A model generated the notes under the pieces. That model was not told where the DNA came from. It did not search any database and saw only the letters and a program-made list of their open reading frames with translations. Position numbers and translations under genes: made by a program. From positions 13,790-77,789 of the forward strand of contig LXQI01000011.1 in assembly GCA_001683845.1 (NCBI GenBank): a stretch of 64,000 nt of DNA, in the 5' to 3' direction. Below, in pieces: positions 53,722-61,762 of the stretch. This DNA comes from Erythrobacter sp. ANT-B3C2 (GTDB lineage: Bacteria > Pseudomonadota > Alphaproteobacteria > Sphingomonadales > Sphingomonadaceae). Position 1 is the stretch's first letter; each line of letters opens with the position of its first letter.

Positions 53722-53943
53722 ATGATGCCCTTCCGTTACTTCCAACCGTCGCATATCACGACCTATTCCGCCGTCAAGCACGATCTCGCCTCGTATCCAC
53801 AGCCTGTGGAGCCTCGGTATCGGAGATGCGCGCCAACAGCCCCTTCGGTTTGCAACCCTTCAGCCGCATACTGGCGGCCGGAGCGAGCAATCCTGTGCAC
53901 TTGGCGGTTTTGCCGAGCGCATGAATGGCTTACCCGCTAATCT

Positions 53944-54921
53944 ATGAAGCGTTCCTTACCGCTCGCGCTTGTGCTTCAGGCTATGGCTTTGACGCAACAG
54001 GCTCACGCCGAGCCAGCCACTGCAGTCGACCAACTGCTCGAACAGGATCACCGGCTGGCGAGCCTTGCCCAGGGGATGCTCGGTGCCAATGCGCGGCTGT
54101 GCCGCCAGGCGATGCCGCTGACAGGCTTCGTGCTGCACAGCCGCGACCAGTACGCGGCCGGCACGGTGGAGGCGCTATTTGCCAACGGCCCCCTCACCAT
54201 AGCGCTGATCCTGCCCGGCTCGCCGGCGGAGCGCGCAGGGCTGCGCCAGGGCGATGCGCTGGCGGCGATCGGGGAACGCCGCACAGCCACCCTGCGGCCC
54301 GAGGGCGGGGCGCCGCTGCGCGATACGGCAATGGACGCGCTGGCCGAGCACTGGCCGGGTTCCGGCCCGCTGGTCCTCAGCATCGTGCGGGACGGCACCG
54401 AACGGCAGGTCTCACTCCAGCCTGACGCCGGCTGTCGCGCGCTGGTAGAGATCCGCACGCGTAATTCGCTGGCGGCGCGTTCCGATGGGCGGGTGATCCA
54501 ACTCGATTGGGGCCTGGCAAGCACCGCGACCGATGACGAGATGGCGGTGATCCTGGCGCATGAACTGGCGCATCTGGTGCTCGAACATCGCCGACGGCTG
54601 AGCGAGGCGGGCGTCGTCAAGGGCTTCTTTGGCGAATTGGGTCGCAACCAGCGGCTCAACCGGCAGGTGGAGGTGGAGGCCGATCGCCTGTCGGTTCACC
54701 TGCTGGCCAATGCGGGCCTCGATCCGCGGATCGCTCCTGCCTTCTGGCGCGGTGCGTTGGCCCGGCGTGCGGCGGGCGGGCTGCGGATCAGTGCCACCTA
54801 TCCCTCGCCAGAAGCCCGTGCAGTGCTGATCGAGCGCGAGATCGCCGATTACCTGGGCGAGGTTACCGCTCCGAGCACCCCATGGCATCTGCTGGCCCGG
54901 CGCGACCGGCCGTTCGACTAA
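53944..54921 (+). CDS. secreted M48-family zinc metallopeptidase with PDZ-like domain
   Basis: Signal peptide ...QQAHAE, PDZ-like segment ILPGSPAERAGLRQGDALAAIG, the HExxH motif in AVILAHELAHLVLEH, and a downstream EVEADR. Confidence 0.8.
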   Translation: MKRSLPLALVLQAMALTQQAHAEPATAVDQLLEQDHRLASLAQGMLGANARLCRQAMPLTGFVLHSRDQYAAGTVEALFANGPLTIALILPGSPAERAGLRQGDALAAIGERRTATLRPEGGAPLRDTAMDALAEHWPGSGPLVLSIVRDGTERQVSLQPDAGCRALVEIRTRNSLAARSDGRVIQLDWGLASTATDDEMAVILAHELAHLVLEHRRRLSEAGVVKGFFGELGRNQRLNRQVEVEADRLSVHLLANAGLDPRIAPAFWRGALARRAAGGLRISATYPSPEARAVLIEREIADYLGEVTAPSTPWHLLARRDRPFD

Positions 54922-55442
54922 AGCGGACCGGTTGCCTGCTCGGGCGCGGCGCTGATGTCGATATAGTGCCGGTCGTAATAGGTTAGCGGGGCGGCATCGG
55001 CGCGGTGCTTGGCGTCGATCAACTCCCCGATAAAGATCGAGTGCGTGCCGAATTCATGGCAATGCGCGCGGCGGCAAACGAAGCTCGACTGCGCTGTGGC
55101 GAGAACGGGGACGCCATGCAGCTCCTCCCATTCGCCGACCGCGAAGCGATCGGCGCCGCGCCCGGTCATGAACTGCTCGGCAACGTCGCGATTGCCCAGG
55201 CCCAGCACATTGACGCAGAAGGTTTCCGCGCTGGCCAATGGCGCATGGAGCGAGGCAGAGCGATTGACGCACACCAGCAGCGAGGGTGGCTCGAAGCTGA
55301 GCGAGCTGACCGCCGTGGCCAGAATGCCGTAGCGATCGCCGCCATGGCCGGTGGTCACCGCATAGACCGTCGATGCGACGTGGCGCATCGCGAGGCGGAA
55401 GGCATCCAGGGTTTGCTGGCGGTTTGCATCGGGTTTGCTCAC
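54918..55442 (-). CDS. flavin reductase family protein
   Basis: 174 aa from the GTG at 55442 (VSKPDANRQQTLDAFRLAMRHVASTVYAVTT...). Flavin_Reduct pattern ATAVSSLSFEPPSLLVCVN. An alternative ATG lies at MRHVAS. The long upstream part of the track ORF is antisense to ribB. Confidence 0.75.
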   Translation of the reverse strand: MSKPDANRQQTLDAFRLAMRHVASTVYAVTTGHGGDRYGILATAVSSLSFEPPSLLVCVNRSASLHAPLASAETFCVNVLGLGNRDVAEQFMTGRGADRFAVGEWEELHGVPVLATAQSSFVCRRAHCHEFGTHSIFIGELIDAKHRADAAPLTYYDRHYIDISAAPEQATGPL

Positions 55443-55538
55443 CGGTTGCTCATGGGTTGCAAGCGCACAGGCTGCAAGTGCATTTCGATGTGACGTACAT
55501 GCTTTTGCTGCACATCCTGATGTGATAACAGGGACGGC

Positions 55539-56879
55539 ATGTCCAACATTGTCATCACCCAAACCCGCAAGCTGATCGAGGAGGGTCGGATGACCCGCGC
55601 CGGCCTTGCGCGGGCTTCCGGCCTCCATTCCAACACCCTGCGCGATTGCACCGAGCCCGGCTGGAACCCCACTGCCGAGACTCTCGGCAAGCTCGAAGCG
55701 TTTCTCGAGGAGAGCGAGGCGGGGCCGGTGCTGGTCGGCATCGAGGAGATCATCGACGAGGCGCGCAATGGTCGCATGGTCATCCTGGTCGACGACGAGG
55801 ACCGCGAGAATGAGGGCGATCTGATCATCCCGGGCCAGATGGCGACACCCGATGCCATCAACTTCATGGCCACCCACGGCCGCGGGCTGGTCTGCCTTGC
55901 GCTCAGCAAGCGGCGGGTCGAGGCGCTCGGGCTGCAGCCGATGAGCCGCAGCAATCGCAGCCGGATGGAAACCGCCTTCACGACTTCAATCGAGGCACGC
56001 GAGGGGATCACCACCGGCATCAGCGCGGCCGACCGGGCGCGCACCATTGCGGTGGCGATCGATGCCGGCAAGGGGCCGGACGACATCGTCAGCCCGGGCC
56101 ACGTCTTCCCGCTGGTTGCGCGTGAGGGCGGCGTGCTGGTGCGCGCGGGGCACACCGAGGCCTCGGTCGATATCGCTCGTCTGGCCGGGCTGAACCCCAG
56201 CGCGGTGATCTGCGAGATCATGCGCGAGGATGGGTCGATGGCGCGGCTGGACGATCTGATCGGCTTCGGGCGGCGGCACGGACTGAAGATCGGCACCATC
56301 CGCGACCTGATCGCCTATCGCCGGCGGCACGACCATCTGGTTGAGAAACGCGCGGAGAGCAGCTTCCGCAGCCGCTGGGGCGGCGAGTGGCGCACCATCA
56401 GCTTCTGGAACAAGGCCACCAAGGCCGAGACGATGGCGCTGGTGAAGGGGCGGATTGATCCGGAGCGGCCAACCCTCGTGCGGATGCATGCGCTGAGCCT
56501 GTTCGACGACGTGTTCGGCCGCGCCACCGAGCGGTTCGGGCTGCTGGAAGGGGCGATGCGGATGATCGGGCAGGAGGGCGCCGGCGTGGTGGTGCTGCTG
56601 CACCGCCCCACCCCCACCCATGCCACCCGCGCGATCCAGGGGCTGGAGGAAAGCGGATCATCGGGCGAGCCACTCTCCGAAGCGCAGGATGACAGCCAGT
56701 TGCCGCCCGAGCAGCGCGAATATGGCGTGGGCGCGCAGATCCTGTTCGAGCTGGGCGTGCGCGACATGATCCTGCTGACCAACACCCGCCACGCGCTGGT
56801 GGGGCTGGAGGGCTACGACCTATCGATCGTGGGTGAGCGCCCGATCCCTGATCTGGGCATGTTGGGGGAGCTGGGCTGA
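55539..56879 (+). CDS. ribB: 3,4-dihydroxy-2-butanone-4-phosphate synthase fused to a Cys-less GTP-cyclohydrolase-II-like domain (RibBX type), with an N-terminal XRE-like HTH extension
   Basis: DHBP synthase motif [22 protein letters not shown]. The C-domain [20 protein letters not shown] lacks the RibA zinc cysteines. The first 65 aa or so ([21 protein letters not shown]...[14 protein letters not shown]) look like a Cro/C1 HTH and use GC3-rich codons in frame. Confidence 0.85.
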   Translation: MSNIVITQTRKLIEEGRMTRAGLARASGLHSNTLRDCTEPGWNPTAETLGKLEAFLEESEAGPVLVGIEEIIDEARNGRMVILVDDEDRENEGDLIIPGQMATPDAINFMATHGRGLVCLALSKRRVEALGLQPMSRSNRSRMETAFTTSIEAREGITTGISAADRARTIAVAIDAGKGPDDIVSPGHVFPLVAREGGVLVRAGHTEASVDIARLAGLNPSAVICEIMREDGSMARLDDLIGFGRRHGLKIGTIRDLIAYRRRHDHLVEKRAESSFRSRWGGEWRTISFWNKATKAETMALVKGRIDPERPTLVRMHALSLFDDVFGRATERFGLLEGAMRMIGQEGAGVVVLLHRPTPTHATRAIQGLEESGSSGEPLSEAQDDSQLPPEQREYGVGAQILFELGVRDMILLTNTRHALVGLEGYDLSIVGERPIPDLGMLGELG

Positions 56880-57298
56880 TGGCAAAGTTCCTGCTGGTGG
56901 AGGCGCGATTCTACGGCCCTCTCAACGACCTGCTGGTGGCCGGTGCGCAAGCCGCGCTGGAGGCGGCGGGGCATGAGGCCGAGCTGGTGAGCGTGCCCGG
57001 CGCGCTCGAGGTGCCGGGGGCGATTGCCCTTGCCGCCGAGAGCGGGCGGTGGGACGGCTTCGTGGCGCTGGGCGTGGTGATCCGCGGCGAAACCTATCAT
57101 TTCGAGATCGTCGCCGGCGAAAGTGCGCGCGGGATCATGGCGTTGACGATGGACGGGCTGGCGATCGGCAACGGCATCCTGACCACCGAGAACGAGGCGC
57201 AGGCAATCGTCCGCGCAGACCCCGGGCAAGGCGACAAGGGCGGCGGCGCGGCGGAGGCGGCGATGGCTTTGCTGGCGCTGCGCCAGCGGTTTGCGTGA
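56879..57298 (+). CDS. ribH: 6,7-dimethyl-8-ribityllumazine synthase
   Basis: 139 aa with [10 protein letters not shown] and [14 protein letters not shown]. Its ATG overlaps the ribB stop (TGATG). Confidence 0.92.
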   Translation: MAKFLLVEARFYGPLNDLLVAGAQAALEAAGHEAELVSVPGALEVPGAIALAAESGRWDGFVALGVVIRGETYHFEIVAGESARGIMALTMDGLAIGNGILTTENEAQAIVRADPGQGDKGGGAAEAAMALLALRQRFA

Positions 57299-57596
57299 GG
57301 AGTGCAAGCACGCCGAAGCGCGCGTCAAAGCGCGCCGCATGGGGCATGCAGCGGCGGTTGTTCGCGTTCCTGAGCGCCTGGCGGCGAGTTGCCGCGCGAT
57401 CACAGCCGATCACATTGGAATGGGTTGGATTGAGCTGGTCTCCTATTTCGGCTCTGTTTGCGCCGGCTTGCAAGCGAGTTGCAGCAGGTCTGCACCGCAC
57501 CTGCATCGCTGACGCTGCGCAGTGCGCCCTCCCCGCATGGCGGCTGCTTTTCAGCCGCTTTGCGGAACCCCTTCGCCAGGCGGGCGCTTAGCGGCG

Positions 57597-57896
57597 ATGG
57601 ACGGACCGCTCGAATGGATCGCTGCTGTCGGCACGGCGATCGCCGCAGGATTGATCGCCGCCGATCTGGGCCGCAAGGCGACCGGCTGGGGCTTCGTGCT
57701 GTTCTGCGCGGTCTCGGTGACCTGGATCGTCTCGGGCCTGACCAGCGATGCCATGCCGATCGCCGTGATGAACGGGGTGCTGCTGGGCATCAATGGCTGG
57801 GGCGTGTGGCAATTTCTGCTCAGCCCGAAGAACCGCAAGAAGCTCGAGAAGATCGAGAAAAAAGCGGAAGGGGAAGTGGAAGCGGAAGACGGTTGA
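57597..57896 (+). CDS. small hypothetical inner-membrane protein (3 TM)
   Basis: 99 aa from the ATG at 57597. Three hydrophobic segments and a Lys/Glu-rich tail. No family recognised. Confidence 0.5.
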   Translation: MDGPLEWIAAVGTAIAAGLIAADLGRKATGWGFVLFCAVSVTWIVSGLTSDAMPIAVMNGVLLGINGWGVWQFLLSPKNRKKLEKIEKKAEGEVEAEDG

Positions 57897-58079
57897 GATT
57901 GCCCGGTTCCGCTGCGACTCGTCTCAATGGCGATCTGGAACGGGAGCGCGGCGTTGCTCAACGCAATGATTGTGGTGATCCGCCGTTGCGGGCAGTCTCG
58001 TCGAACTAACGCTCTGGTAACCTTAGCGCTTCGTTGACGAAGTGGTGCCCTGCGTGGCATAGATCGCGTCGGAGATGCT

Positions 58080-59126
58080 GTGAAGAACGCTTACGAGGTC
58101 CTCGGTATTGCGCCCGAAGCGCCGGACTTCATCCTCCAGGCGGCCTATCGGGCCTGCCTGAAGCGTTACCATCCCGACCGTTTTGCCGGTGCCGATGCCC
58201 GGGCCCGTACCGAAGAGGTGCTGGACGCCTATCGGACCCTCAACGACCCGCTCAGGCGGGCCCGCCTCGACCGGCGGATCGCGGCCGAGAAGGGCGAGCA
58301 GGCCGGCTCCGCTTTCCAGAGCAGGCCGGGCCCGGCACAAGCGGCGGCCGGACCGGCTCACCGGCGCAGCCCCGCTGCCACTCGCCGATCCTGGACCGGC
58401 TGGAACTGGACCACGCCGGTGATCCTCGCCGGCCTCGCGATGATGCTGATCGCCGTGGCGGCCCGGTTCGACCAGCAGCGGTGGGACAGGACCGCCGCCG
58501 AAGAGGGTATGTTCGTGGCCGAGGTCACCCGCCCCGCAGCCGCGCTGGCCCGGTCTTACGATCCCGACGGCCTGCCCGGGGGGACGCTGGCGGCGATGGA
58601 ACTGGCCGAGCCGCTGGCCGATGCCCGCCCGCCACTGGGCGAAAGCGCGCTCGACTTCGCCACGGTGGAGCGCGGCGCCAGGCGCTTCCTTGCGGTCTGG
58701 ACGCGCGAGGGGATGGAGGGCGCCCGCGGCTTCAGCGAGCGGTGCCACGCCGGTGCGGACCAGCAGCCCCATTGGGAGCGGCTCGATTTTTGCGCGGCCT
58801 TCGATTTCGCGGCCGGCGCGGTGGACAATGCCGGCATCCGCCTGCCCGCTTCCGCTCAGGCCTCTAATAGCGCACCTCTGCCGGCTATTCCCGCTCGCGA
58901 TGCCTATTTCAGGTACCAGACCGATTATCAGGCCGAGCATTATGCCGACCCGACCGGCCTTGCCACCAACCGGCTGCTGAGGGTCAAGCTGATCGTCAAC
59001 AATGTCGTCGAGCAGGATCTGCAGGCACATTCGGAGCGCGTCGCCCGGCGCGACCTGGAACCGGAGGGCGCAGGCTCCTCCTCGGATAATGCTTCGCGGT
59101 CCGATCTTTTCAGGGTGCATTACTGA
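58080..59126 (+). CDS. J-domain (DnaJ-like) membrane protein
   Basis: GTG start 5 nt after GGAGA. J-domain NAYEVLGIAPEAPDFILQAAYRACLKRYHPDR, then TM VILAGLAMMLIAVAA and a C-domain of about 220 aa with no recognised family. Confidence 0.75.
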   Translation: MKNAYEVLGIAPEAPDFILQAAYRACLKRYHPDRFAGADARARTEEVLDAYRTLNDPLRRARLDRRIAAEKGEQAGSAFQSRPGPAQAAAGPAHRRSPAATRRSWTGWNWTTPVILAGLAMMLIAVAARFDQQRWDRTAAEEGMFVAEVTRPAAALARSYDPDGLPGGTLAAMELAEPLADARPPLGESALDFATVERGARRFLAVWTREGMEGARGFSERCHAGADQQPHWERLDFCAAFDFAAGAVDNAGIRLPASAQASNSAPLPAIPARDAYFRYQTDYQAEHYADPTGLATNRLLRVKLIVNNVVEQDLQAHSERVARRDLEPEGAGSSSDNASRSDLFRVHY

Positions 59127-59169
59127 CCGCCCGCTGACCCGAACCGGCGGCGCAACAATCGGCAGCCGC

Positions 59170-61236
59170 TTACCCTCCGCGCAGCAATTGCACGCCCCAA
59201 TCGCGCTCGAACAAATAGAGCAGGATCCGTGCCGCCTCTCCGCGCTCGCCGGTGAGCCCGCCATCACGCTCCAGCAGCAGGCGGGCATCGTCCTGCGCCA
59301 TTTGCGCGAGACGCTGCGTCTGCCCCAGATCGGCGATGCGAAAGCCCTCCTCGCCCGACTGCCGGGTGCCCAGCACCTCGCCGCCGCCGCGCAGCGCGAG
59401 GTCCTCTTCGGCCAAGCGGAAGCCGTCCTGAGTCTCGCGCATCAGAGCGAGCCGCTGGCGGCCGGTTTCGGACAGGGCGTCTCCACGCAGCAGCAGGCAG
59501 ACCGATTTTTCACTGCCCCGCCCCACCCGGCCGCGCAGCTGGTGCAGCTGGGCGAGGCCGAACCGTTCGGCCTGTTCGATCACCATCAGCGTGGCGTTGG
59601 GCACGTCTACCCCCACCTCGATCACGGTGGTGGCGACCAGCAGGCTGGCATGGCCGCTGGCGAAGCGCTCCATCGCCGCGTCCTTCGCCGCTGGCGGCAG
59701 CTGGCCGTGGACCAGCACCACCGCGTCGTGGAAGCGCTCGCGCAGATTGGCGAAGCGGGCCTCGGCGGCGGCGAGATCGGCGCGCTCGCTCTCGCTTTCG
59801 CGCACCATGGGGCACACCCAATAGGCCTGCCCGCCGGCTTCGAGATGGCGTGCCACGCCCTCGATCACCTCGCCCAGCCGATCGAGTGCGACAACGCGCG
59901 TATCGATCGCCTGGCGGCCGGGCGGCAGTTCGTCGAGCCGGCTGACATCCATCTCGCCATGGTTGGCCAGCACCAGCGTGCGCGGGATCGGCGTGGCGGT
60001 CATCGCCAGCAGGTGCGGGGTGCGGCGGCCCTTTTGCGCCAGCAGCAGCCGCTGCGAGACGCCGAAGCGGTGCTGCTCGTCGATCACCACCAGGCCGAGA
60101 TTGCGATAGGCGACCGTCTCCTGGAAGATGGCGTGCGTGCCGACCACGATGTCGATGCTGCCATCGAGCAGGCCCATCAGCGTGCTCTCGCGTGGCCGGC
60201 CCTTGTCTCGCCCTGTCAGCAGCGCGATCGATATTCCAGTGGGTGCGGCGAGCTTGCGCAGCGTCTCGTAGTGCTGGCGGGCGAGGATCTCGGTCGGTGC
60301 CAGCATCGCGCCCTGCGCGCCGGCCTCCACCGCCAGCAGCAGCGCTTCGAGCGCAACCACCGTCTTGCCCGCGCCCACATCGCCCTGCAGCAGCCGCAGC
60401 ATGGGCGCCTCCTGCGCCATGTCGCCCGCGATCTCGGCGATGGAGCGCTGCTGCGCGCCGGTGAGCGGGAACGGCAGCTGGAGCTTGCCGCGCAGCGAGC
60501 CATCGCCCTGCAGCGATTGCCCGCGCCGCTTGCGCCCCTCCTGCCGCACCAGCAGTAGCGCCAGCGCATTGGCCAGCAGCTCGTCATAGGCGAGCCGGTC
60601 GCGGGCGTGATCGTCCGGGCCGCGATGCGCCAGCGCCAATGCCTCGCGCCAGGCCGGCCAGCCCTGCCGCGCGAGCACGCCGGGCTCGATCCATTCGGGC
60701 AGCGCGGTCGCGCGGGTGAGTGACTGTTCGGCGAAGGAGGCGATGCGCGGCTGGGTCAGCCCCTCGGCCAGCCGATACACCGGCTCAACCAGCTGACCGT
60801 TGGCCTCGGCGCTTTCCTCCGCAATGTGGTCGGGGTGCACGATCTGCAGCATCTGCCCGTACTGGTCGAGCCGGCCCGCGATCCACCGGCGCGCGCCCAC
60901 CGGCAGCTGCTTGCGCGCCGCGAAGGCCGCCCGGCCGAAGAAGGTGATGGCGCAGACATTGCCTTTCGCGTCCTCCGCCATCACGCGGTAGGGCGCGCGG
61001 GCCGAGCCGCCGGAGCGATGTTCGCGCACAATCAGCGCCACCACCACCTGCTCGCCCACCTGCGCCGCGTCGAGATCGGGCACCGCGCGGCGCGTTACAA
61101 AGCGTTCGGGCAGGTGGTACAACGCATCCCGCACCCGCGTGAGGCCGAGGCGGACGAGCGGCTTTTTCAGCTTGGGGCCGACGCCTTCAAGGCCCTCGAT
61201 CTCGGCGAACAGCGGGTTGAGCGTCTCAGGGCGCAT
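59170..61236 (-). CDS. recG: ATP-dependent DNA helicase RecG
   Basis: Wedge domain plus SF2 helicase: GDVGAGKT, DEQHRFG and TATPIPRT. The track start at 61239 is a TTG; the ATG lies one codon in. Confidence 0.96.
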   Translation of the reverse strand: MRPETLNPLFAEIEGLEGVGPKLKKPLVRLGLTRVRDALYHLPERFVTRRAVPDLDAAQVGEQVVVALIVREHRSGGSARAPYRVMAEDAKGNVCAITFFGRAAFAARKQLPVGARRWIAGRLDQYGQMLQIVHPDHIAEESAEANGQLVEPVYRLAEGLTQPRIASFAEQSLTRATALPEWIEPGVLARQGWPAWREALALAHRGPDDHARDRLAYDELLANALALLLVRQEGRKRRGQSLQGDGSLRGKLQLPFPLTGAQQRSIAEIAGDMAQEAPMLRLLQGDVGAGKTVVALEALLLAVEAGAQGAMLAPTEILARQHYETLRKLAAPTGISIALLTGRDKGRPRESTLMGLLDGSIDIVVGTHAIFQETVAYRNLGLVVIDEQHRFGVSQRLLLAQKGRRTPHLLAMTATPIPRTLVLANHGEMDVSRLDELPPGRQAIDTRVVALDRLGEVIEGVARHLEAGGQAYWVCPMVRESESERADLAAAEARFANLRERFHDAVVLVHGQLPPAAKDAAMERFASGHASLLVATTVIEVGVDVPNATLMVIEQAERFGLAQLHQLRGRVGRGSEKSVCLLLRGDALSETGRQRLALMRETQDGFRLAEEDLALRGGGEVLGTRQSGEEGFRIADLGQTQRLAQMAQDDARLLLERDGGLTGERGEAARILLYLFERDWGVQLLRGG

Positions 61237-61281
61237 CAAACGGCCCTAGCCGATCCCGCCGCGCGCCGGTAGGAGGACACC

Positions 61282-61584
61282 ATGAATGCTGTGCCTGCTC
61301 CCGAGACCGCCGATCCTCTCACCGATACTCTAGCCCCCCGCCTTGCCCGGGCGCGGTTCCGCGCCTGGCATCGGGGAACGCGCGAGGCCGATTACATGAT
61401 CGGCGGCTTTTTCGATCGCTACCACGCCGGTTGGGACGAGCGCGAACTCGCCTGGTTCGAGGCGCTGCTGGACGAAGACGAGGTGGATGTGATGGCCTGG
61501 GCGCTCGGGGCGGCGCCGGCGCCGGAAAACTTCACAGGGCCGCAACTCGATGCTCTCAAAATGCTCGATTACGTTTCCATATAG
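61282..61584 (+). CDS. sdhE: FAD assembly factor SdhE (succinate dehydrogenase assembly factor 2)
   Basis: 100 aa with AGGAGG upstream. Motif RARFRAWHRGTREADYMIGGFFD...W..LL..DEVDVMAW (RGxxE motif family). Confidence 0.88.
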   Translation: MNAVPAPETADPLTDTLAPRLARARFRAWHRGTREADYMIGGFFDRYHAGWDERELAWFEALLDEDEVDVMAWALGAAPAPENFTGPQLDALKMLDYVSI

Positions 61585-61639
61585 AGGAAGGTCCAGCAGG
61601 CGCCCCCTCGAGGGGTTCCCCTTAGAACCTGCACAACCA

Positions 61640-61681
61640 CCCGCCCGCGTGCCCTTCCACCCCTTGCGCGGGCGGGTTTCT
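61640..61681 (+). terminator. candidate intrinsic terminator after sdhE
   Basis: 10-bp GC stem cccgcccgcg / cgcgggcggg with a 17-nt loop, followed by tttct. Confidence 0.45.
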
Positions 61682-61762
61682 GCGCTCATGGCCTTGCCCC
61701 CCTGCCTCCGAAGCGTCCTCACGGGAACGCGCGCGGACTTTCGCTGCTTCCATTCCTCGGAC

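Noticed and set aside
55443-55538. FMN (RFN) riboswitch expected upstream of ribB
   Set aside because: I could not find the conserved RFN core strings (for example GGGCGGGGCGAAATTCCCCACCGGCGG or AGCCCGCGAGC) in the 96-bp spacer. A covariance-model scan is still needed.
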